Assembly (NCBI RefSeq): GCF_033370915.1
Contig: NZ_CP104096.1
Span: 34,701 to 66,700 of the forward strand
Reading direction: 5' to 3'
From: Candidatus Saccharimonadota bacterium
Lineage (GTDB): Bacteria; Bacteroidota; Bacteroidia; Flavobacteriales; Blattabacteriaceae
DNA: 32,000 bases
A program made the position numbers and the translations under genes. Positions 26,380 through 32,000 of this stretch are shown piece by piece (position 1 is the first letter of the stretch; the number at the start of each line of letters is the position of its first letter). Under the pieces are notes generated by a model. It had not been told where the DNA came from, did not search any database, and saw only the letters and a list, made by a program, of their open reading frames with translations.

Positions 26380-27112
26380 TATAATGTATATTGTTTATAT
26401 TTTTAATATAATTAATTATTTTATTAGATAATATTTTATATTGTCCTTTTTTAAGATTATTATTTATTTTAAAACCTGCAAAATATATTCTATTTAAAAA
26501 TAAAACTTTATAACCTATTTTATTAAATATTCTATGTATTATTTTATTCCATCCAACATTTATTGTTATAATTAATGTTCTTTTATTATTATTAAAAATT
26601 TTTATATTATTTATTTTTATTTTACCTTCTTTCAACTTAATTCCTTTATTTAAAATTAATATATCTGTTTTATTAAAATTTTTATTTAAAAAAATTTTAT
26701 ATTTTCTTTTTATTTTATATTTAGGATGAGTTAAATATTGAGCTAATTTACCATCATTAGTTAATAAAATTAAACCAGTTGTATTTTTATCTAATCTCCC
26801 AATGGGAAAAATACCTAATTTTTTGTATATTTTAGGAATAAAATCCATAATAATAATTCTATTTTTATTATCTTTAACAGTAGTAATACAGTTTTTAGGT
26901 TTGTTAAATAAAATATATATTTTGTTTTTTAAATTTAAATTAGAATTTACATATTTTATATTATCATAATAATTAACTTTATATCCTAATTTATTAATAA
27001 TTTTTCCATTTACTGATATTAAACCTATTTTTATAAGTTTATCAGCTTTTCTTCTTGAACATACTCCACTATAAGCTATATATTTATTTAATCTAATTCT
27101 TTGTTTTATCAT
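26372..27112 (-). CDS. rluB: Pseudouridine synthase of the RsuA/RluB/RluF family with an S4 domain
   Basis: The S4 domain reads RLNKYIAYSGVCSRRKADKLI. The catalytic motif reads GRLDKNTTGLILLTNDG. The precise rRNA target cannot be told from sequence alone. Confidence 0.8.
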   Translation of the reverse strand: MIKQRIRLNKYIAYSGVCSRRKADKLIKIGLISVNGKIINKLGYKVNYYDNIKYVNSNLNLKNKIYILFNKPKNCITTVKDNKNRIIIMDFIPKIYKKLGIFPIGRLDKNTTGLILLTNDGKLAQYLTHPKYKIKRKYKIFLNKNFNKTDILILNKGIKLKEGKIKINNIKIFNNNKRTLIITINVGWNKIIHRIFNKIGYKVLFLNRIYFAGFKINNNLKKGQYKILSNKIINYIKNINNIHYNE

Positions 27113-27719
27113 ATAAAGATAATATATTTTTAGATTTTAAAATATTATTTAATATACCATTTATAAAATTAATATTATTTTTAGAAGAAAAAATTAATAT
27201 AATTAATTTATATTCATTAATAATAATATTAATATTTATATCTTTATAATAAATAATAAATTCACTAATAGCAATTTTAATAACAATTAAATCAATAATA
27301 TTAATTCTAGTAATACTCCAATTTACTAAATAATTATTAATAATGTCAATTAATAGTTTATTATTTTTATTTATATAATTTATAATTTTAATAATAAATG
27401 AAAAATTATCAAAAATATTAATTAAGATATTATATTTAATTTTTAAAAATAATATATATTTAATAAATTTTTTGTCTTCATATTGTAATAAAAATATTTC
27501 ATTTAAATTATTAATATATTTATTAATTGAATTAATAATATTATTTTTATTTAATTTTTTTTTATTTATTTTAATTAAAATTTTATTAATTACTTTATTT
27601 AAATAATTAAAATTATTATTTAAATATTTAAAATAGTTAAATTTTTTATTGTAGTTAATAATAAATAATATTTTCATTATTTTAATTCTAAAATAATTTT
27701 TTATTTTAATAAATTTCAA
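27093..27719 (-). CDS. nusB: Transcription antitermination factor NusB-like
   Basis: The C-terminal half fits the NusB pattern: NWSITRINIIDLIVIKIAISEF...IIINEYKLIILIFSS...INFINGILNNILK. The N-terminal half is too degenerate to judge. Confidence 0.6.
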   Translation of the reverse strand: MKFIKIKNYFRIKIMKILFIINYNKKFNYFKYLNNNFNYLNKVINKILIKINKKKLNKNNIINSINKYINNLNEIFLLQYEDKKFIKYILFLKIKYNILINIFDNFSFIIKIINYINKNNKLLIDIINNYLVNWSITRINIIDLIVIKIAISEFIIYYKDININIIINEYKLIILIFSSKNNINFINGILNNILKSKNILSLYDKTKN

Positions 27720-27760
27720 TTAAATTATTATTTATTAATATATAAAAATATAATAAAAAA

Positions 27761-28576
27761 ATGAAAATATATAATAATTTTAATAACAAATATCAAGATA
27801 AATTTGATAATAAAAACTATAATAATAATATTATTGATAAATATAATATTTTTAATAATAAAAAAGATAAAATAGAAAATAAAGATGTTTATAATGACAA
27901 ATATGAAGATATAATACCAGTTTATAGTAAAAGTTTAAAATCAAGAAAGAAAATATATTATTTTGATGTTTTAGAAACAATTACAGGGGATTATTTTTTA
28001 TGCATTACAGAAAGTAAAAAAATATTATTAAAAGATAATAGTAATTTTTTTAAAAAAGAAAAAATTTATATATATAAAGAAAATTTAGAAATATTTAAAA
28101 AATATTTAGAAAATATTATTGATTTTATATATAGTAAAAAGGGTAAAAAAATAATATATGATAAAGAAATATTAAAAAGAAATATTAAATTAATGGAAGA
28201 AAAAGAAAAAATTTTTTATAATTATAAAAAAGGTGATTTAGAAGAAAGATTTGAGGAGGAAATAAATCTAAAAGATAATATAAATACTAAAGATAAAGAT
28301 ATTAAAGATAAAGATAAAGATAAAGATAAAGATAAAGATAATAAAGATAAAGAAGAAGTAGAAGAACAAGATAAAAATAATAAAATAACAAAAAACAAAG
28401 ATAAAAATAATAAAAAAACAAAAAAACAAGATAAAAATAATAAAATAACAAAAAACAAAGATAAAAATAATAAAAAAACAAAAAAACAAGATAAAAATAA
28501 TAAAAAAACAAAAAAACAAGATAAAAATAATAAAAAAACAAAAAAACAAGATAAAAATAATAAAAAAACAAAATAA
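27761..28576 (+). CDS. PUR-alpha-like (DUF3276-type) putative nucleic-acid-binding protein with an N-terminal N/K/D-rich extension and a long Lys/Asp-rich repeat tail
   Basis: The core, about aa 52..135, reads PVYSKSLKSRKKIYYFDVLETITGDYFLCITESKKILLKDNSNFFKKEKIYIYKENLEIFKKYLENIIDFI. This matches my recollection of the Bacteroidota DUF3276 pattern (FSKxVxAGxRxYFFDV...ITESKK...KHKIxLYxEDFxKF...YI). The tail contains (KD)n and seven decapeptide repeats (QDKNNKKTKK type). An open frame this long is unlikely by chance in stop-rich AT DNA. Confidence 0.6.
   Translation: MKIYNNFNNKYQDKFDNKNYNNNIIDKYNIFNNKKDKIENKDVYNDKYEDIIPVYSKSLKSRKKIYYFDVLETITGDYFLCITESKKILLKDNSNFFKKEKIYIYKENLEIFKKYLENIIDFIYSKKGKKIIYDKEILKRNIKLMEEKEKIFYNYKKGDLEERFEEEINLKDNINTKDKDIKDKDKDKDKDKDNKDKEEVEEQDKNNKITKNKDKNNKKTKKQDKNNKITKNKDKNNKKTKKQDKNNKKTKKQDKNNKKTKKQDKNNKKTK
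28289..28342 (+). repeat. Hexanucleotide (AAAGAT)n microsatellite encoding (KD)n
   Basis: Two units lie at 28289..28300, then ATT. Five perfect units lie at 28304..28333, then AAT and one more unit. All are in frame within ORF 27761..28576. Confidence 0.9.
28367..28576 (+). repeat. Seven tandem copies of a 30-bp unit (CAAGATAAAAATAATAAAAAAACAAAAAAA and variants) forming the 3' end of ORF 27761..28576
   Basis: The copies encode QDKNNKITKN, KDKNNKKTKK, QDKNNKITKN, KDKNNKKTKK, QDKNNKKTKK, QDKNNKKTKK and QDKNNKKTK*. Copies 1-2 and 3-4 form an exact 60-bp higher-order duplication. Copies 5-7 are nearly identical, and the last holds the stop codon. Confidence 0.95.
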
Positions 28577-28597
28577 AAAATAATAATAAATATTTTT

Positions 28598-28646
28598 TAA
28601 AATAAATATTACATAAATATTATTAATTTATGTAATATTTATTTTA
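28598..28646. terminator. Perfect 21-bp inverted repeat with a 7-nt loop (hairpin) between the repeat-tailed ORF and der; possible terminator or operator
   Basis: Arm 28598..28618 (TAAAATAAATATTACATAAAT) is the exact reverse complement of arm 28626..28646. I checked this base by base (C28612 pairs with G28632). The loop is ATTATTA. The right arm ends 4 nt before the der ATG at 28651. Confidence 0.45.
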
Positions 28647-28650
28647 TATT

Positions 28651-29997
28651 ATGGATTTAAATATTTGTATAGTTGGTAAATCAAATGTAGGTAAATCTAC
28701 ATTATTTAATTTATTAATAAAAAAAAAAAAATCTATTATAAATAAAAAAGAAAATACAACTAAAAATAGAAATTATGGAAATTTAAAAATAAAAAATAAA
28801 ATATATAAACTAATTGATACAGGTGGTTTTTATGAAGAATATAAAAAAAATGTTTTAAAAAAAAAAGTAATAGAACAAATAATATATGGAATAAAAGAAT
28901 CATTATTAATATTATATGTAGTAGATGTGGTTAATGGTATAACATATTTAGATAAAAAATTATCATTAATAATAAGAAAATATAATAAACCAACATTTTT
29001 ATTAATAAATAAAATAGATATAAAAAAATATAAGTATAAAAAATATGAATATTATAAATTAGGATATTATGAAATATATCCTATATCATGTACACATAAT
29101 ATAGGAATAAATAAATTAAATAATGATATATATAAATATTTTATAAAAGAAAAAAAAAATAATAATAAAAAAAAAATAAAGTTTAAAATTTCTGTAGTCG
29201 GAAAACCTAATACAGGAAAATCAACTTTTATAAATAATTATTTAAAAGATAAAAATAAAAGTATAGTATCAAATATAGAAGGTACAACAATAGATACTTT
29301 ATATTTTTATTTTAATAATAAAAATAAAAATAAAAATTATATAATAATAGATACACCAGGTATAATAAAAAAATTTAAATTTAGTAAAGATATACAAAAT
29401 GAATATTTAGAAAATACAATTAAAGTTATAAAAGAATCAGATATATGTATATTAATGATAGATAGTAAAATTACAAAAAATGATATATTTATATATAATA
29501 AAATAATATTATATAAAAAAGGAGTAATGATTTTATTTAATAAAATAGATTTATTTAATAATAAAGAAAAAAAAAAAATTATTTTAAGTATAAATAATTT
29601 AATAAAAAATAATTATCCATTATTATTAATATCAAATAAAAAAGAATTAAATGATAATATAATAAATAAAATAAAGAATATAATAAAAAAAATATATAAA
29701 AATAGAAAAAAAAAAATTTCAACAAGTTTATTAAATAATAAATTATTATTAAAAATAAAAAAAAAAATAAAAATAAATAATAAAATATTAAAAATAAAAT
29801 TTTGTTATCAATTAAAAAAAAAAAAATTTCCTAGTTTTGTATTAATATCTAATTTAGAAAAAAATATTAATTTAAATTATAAAAAATATATAGAAAATAT
29901 TATAATAAAATTATTTGATTTTTATGGGGTACCAATAGAAATATCATTTAAAAAAAATAAAAAAAATGTTAAAAGATTCATATATAAAAAAAAATAA
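28651..29997 (+). CDS. der: Ribosome-associated GTPase Der (EngA), two tandem GTPase domains
   Basis: GD1 G1 reads IVGKSNVGKSTLFN with DTGG. GD2 G1 reads VVGKPNTGKSTFIN with DTPG. NKID occurs twice. A KH-like C-terminus is present. Confidence 0.9.
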   Translation: MDLNICIVGKSNVGKSTLFNLLIKKKKSIINKKENTTKNRNYGNLKIKNKIYKLIDTGGFYEEYKKNVLKKKVIEQIIYGIKESLLILYVVDVVNGITYLDKKLSLIIRKYNKPTFLLINKIDIKKYKYKKYEYYKLGYYEIYPISCTHNIGINKLNNDIYKYFIKEKKNNNKKKIKFKISVVGKPNTGKSTFINNYLKDKNKSIVSNIEGTTIDTLYFYFNNKNKNKNYIIIDTPGIIKKFKFSKDIQNEYLENTIKVIKESDICILMIDSKITKNDIFIYNKIILYKKGVMILFNKIDLFNNKEKKKIILSINNLIKNNYPLLLISNKKELNDNIINKIKNIIKKIYKNRKKKISTSLLNNKLLLKIKKKIKINNKILKIKFCYQLKKKKFPSFVLISNLEKNINLNYKKYIENIIIKLFDFYGVPIEISFKKNKKNVKRFIYKKK

Positions 29998-31216
29998 AAA
30001 AAAATATATTTTAATATTAAAAAAAAGAAAATTTAAAAATAAAAATATAATAAAAAAAATATTTAATTTATATAAAAAACAAAAAAATTATATTAAATTA
30101 TTAGAAAAATATAATAAACAAATAAATAAATATTCAAAGGATTATTTTAAAAACAAAAAAAATAAAAAAAAATATAAAAATATATTAAATATAAAAAATA
30201 AAAAAAAAATACTTAAAAATAAATTATTAATAATAAAAGAAAATATATTAAATATAAAATTAAAATTACCTAATATTATAAATGAATTATATTTTAAAAA
30301 ATATAAAAATATTAAAAATAATAAAACAATTTATAAGTATAAAAAATATAATTTATTATTAAAAAAAAATAAATTATTATCACATATAGAGCTAGCTAAA
30401 AAATATGAATTATTTGATACTAATACTGCAAGTAAAATAAGTGGTACAGGTTTTGTAATATATTCAGGTTTAGGTTTAAAATTATATAATTCGTTAGTAA
30501 AATATTTGTTATTTATAAATAAAAAAAAAGGTTATAAAGAATATAAATTACCTTATTTAGTAAATGAACAATCAATATATGGAACAGGACAATATCCTGA
30601 AAAAAAAAATCAATTATATAATATATCAAAAGATAATTTATTTTTAATACCAACTGGAGAAGTACCATTAATTAATTTATATAAAAATAAAATATTTAAA
30701 AAAATAAATTTACCTATAAAAGCACAAACATATTCAAATTGTTTTAGAAGAGAAGCAGGTTCATATGGAAAAAATGTAAAAGGTTTAAATAGATTGCATC
30801 AATTTGGAAAAGTAGAAATAATAGAAATTACTGAAAATAAAAAATCTAATTTAAGATTATTTAAAATGTTAGAACATATAAAAAATGTATTAAAAAAATT
30901 AAAATTATATTTCAGAATAAGATTATTATCATGCAATAATATTGGTTTTACATCATCAATTACATATGATTTTGAAGTATATTCTTTTGGTCAAAAAAAA
31001 TGGATAGAAGTAAGTTCATTATCTAATTGTTTAGAATATCAATCAAATAATTTAAAAATATATTATTTAAATAAAAAAAATAAAGAATTATGTCATACAT
31101 TAAATGGAAGTTGTATATCAATACCTAGATTATTATTAACAATAATAGAAATGTATCAAACAAAAAATAAAATAAAAATACCAAAGGTATTAAAAAAATA
31201 TTATAAAAATGAATAA
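29966..31216 (+). CDS. serS: Serine--tRNA ligase
   Basis: The N-terminus MLKDSYIKKN resembles the usual MLDIKxIREN. Motif 2 reads NCFRREAGSYGKNVKGLNRLHQF and motif 3 reads GSCISIPRLLLTIIE. It overlaps the der 3' end by 32 nt. Confidence 0.92.
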   Translation: MLKDSYIKKNKKKYILILKKRKFKNKNIIKKIFNLYKKQKNYIKLLEKYNKQINKYSKDYFKNKKNKKKYKNILNIKNKKKILKNKLLIIKENILNIKLKLPNIINELYFKKYKNIKNNKTIYKYKKYNLLLKKNKLLSHIELAKKYELFDTNTASKISGTGFVIYSGLGLKLYNSLVKYLLFINKKKGYKEYKLPYLVNEQSIYGTGQYPEKKNQLYNISKDNLFLIPTGEVPLINLYKNKIFKKINLPIKAQTYSNCFRREAGSYGKNVKGLNRLHQFGKVEIIEITENKKSNLRLFKMLEHIKNVLKKLKLYFRIRLLSCNNIGFTSSITYDFEVYSFGQKKWIEVSSLSNCLEYQSNNLKIYYLNKKNKELCHTLNGSCISIPRLLLTIIEMYQTKNKIKIPKVLKKYYKNE

Positions 31217-31225
31217 TATTGAAAA

Positions 31226-31555
31226 ATGAAAAATAAAAAAATAAATAAATTTATTTTAAAAAAAAATATTTTATTATTATTAATAAATTATAAATTAATA
31301 ATTATAAAAAAAGAATTATATAAAATAAAAAAATATAAATATTATAAAAATTTTTTTAAAAAAAATTATAATTTATATAAAAATAAAATAATAATTATAT
31401 CTTTTATAATAAAAAAAAATATAAATTATAATAAAATAATTAAATATATAAATTTATTTGGTTTTAAATTGTCAAAAAAATTAAAAGAAAATGTAATAAT
31501 ATTTATAAATAAAAAAAATTGTTTTTTAAAAAAAAAATATTTAAAATATATTTAA
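31226..31555 (+). CDS. Hypothetical small basic protein (109 aa), no family recognised
   Basis: A 330-nt open frame is unlikely by chance in DNA this rich in TAA/TAG/TGA triplets. The product is 80-90% K/I/N/Y/L and I cannot assign a family. Confidence 0.45.
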   Translation: MKNKKINKFILKKNILLLLINYKLIIIKKELYKIKKYKYYKNFFKKNYNLYKNKIIIISFIIKKNINYNKIIKYINLFGFKLSKKLKENVIIFINKKNCFLKKKYLKYI

Positions 31556-31557
31556 AT

Positions 31558-31901
31558 AAGTTAATAGTTTTATCGCATTAATAAGAATTATATTAATGAG
31601 GAAAGTCCGGACACTAAAGAGAAATACAAAGGATAACATCCTTACATCGAAAGATGAGGAATAGTACAACAGAAAGAAAGTATAATATTAAAATATTATA
31701 GTGAAATCATGAAAACTCTGTATAGTGAAATGTTAAATATACCATTTTTATATTTTCTCGATATTTATGGTTGGTAAACAGATATGATATATATGGTAAC
31801 ATATATACTAGATAAATGATAAAAATATATTATTTTATTTTTTTTTAAAATAATTTTTTTTTAAAAATAATATATACAGAATCCGGCTTATATATTAACT
31901 T
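31558..31901 (+). ncRNA. rnpB: RNase P RNA (bacterial type A), AT-expanded
   Basis: Conserved P4/CR-I GAGGAAAGTCCGGAC lies near 31599 and CR-V ACAGAATCCGGCTTA near 31877. ACAGAAAG and GGTAAAC motifs are also present. Terminal P1 pairing is AAGTTAATA (31558..31566) with TATTAACTT (31893..31901). Confidence 0.9.
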
Positions 31902-31915
31902 ATAAAAAAAAATTA

Positions 31916-32000
31916 TTTAATAGAAATAATTTTATATTTAATAATTTTATTTGGTAAATTTATAGTAATTATATCATTTTTTTTTTTTCCAATTAAAGAG
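31916..32000 (-). CDS. 3' end of an unidentified minus-strand gene running off the right edge
   Basis: The minus-strand frame from 31999 reads SLIGKKKNDIITINLPNKIIKYKIISN and ends with TAA at 31918..31916. It is too short to identify and contains a 12-nt A run. Confidence 0.3.

Noticed and set aside
28222-28571. Three minus-strand ORFs (28222..28458, 28268..28549, 28302..28571) encoding F/L/I/S-rich peptides
   Set aside because: They are antisense shadows of the AAA/GAT/AAT-rich repeat region of ORF 27761..28576. Poly-Lys codons read as poly-Phe on the other strand. They have no motifs, overlap each other in different frames and are purely repetitive.
28367-28576. Possible CRISPR array, given the regular 30-bp periodicity
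   Set aside because: The repeats are directly adjacent with no unique spacers. They are in frame within a CDS and no cas genes are nearby. This is a coding tandem repeat, not a CRISPR array.
1-32000. Search for a defence system, toxin-antitoxin pair, prophage, IS element, integrase or secretion genes
   Set aside because: Every ORF of meaningful length is accounted for by a conserved housekeeping family. The exceptions are two small or low-complexity ORFs. No transposase, integrase, nuclease-NTPase pairs, inverted terminal repeats or compositional islands were seen.

Overview
This window is a gene-dense stretch of an extremely AT-rich, strongly reduced bacterial genome. G+C looks far below 20% by eye (not computed), and the proteins are dominated by K/N/I/Y. 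The content is almost entirely housekeeping. It covers chaperones (grpE partial, dnaJ), tRNA/rRNA modification (mnmA, mtaB-like, truA, mnmG, rlmB-like, rluD, rluB-like, ybeY) and aminoacyl-tRNA synthetases (lysS, pheS, ileS, serS). It also covers translation factors and GTPases (prfA, prfB, pth, hflX, obg, der, rpsA), plus ligA, rho, nusB and trxB. The only biosynthetic gene is aroQ. RNA genes are four tRNAs, tmRNA (ssrA) and RNase P RNA (rnpB), all recognisable from conserved motifs. Several traits suggest a Bacteroidota (Flavobacteriales-type) insect endosymbiont: a long type-2 IleRS, a tmRNA tag ending in LAA, a DUF3276/PUR-like protein, type II dehydroquinase, and no obvious Shine-Dalgarno sequences. 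This placement is inference only. UGA still appears to be a stop codon, because both RF1 and RF2 are intact and several genes are joined by ATGA stop/start overlaps. I found no mobile element, CRISPR array, toxin-antitoxin pair, defence island or other clearly novel multi-gene system, and I do not want to over-claim one. The most unusual locus is ORF 27761..28576. It has a PUR-alpha-like core fused to a Lys/Asp-rich tail encoded by near-perfect tandem DNA repeats, followed by a perfect 21-bp hairpin just before der. Other points worth a second look are extreme compaction (tRNA/CDS overlaps, a non-ATG ileS start directly after a tRNA, start codons 3 bp apart), gene-by-gene strand alternation, domain-trimmed essential proteins, and an in-frame 15-bp repeat in grpE.
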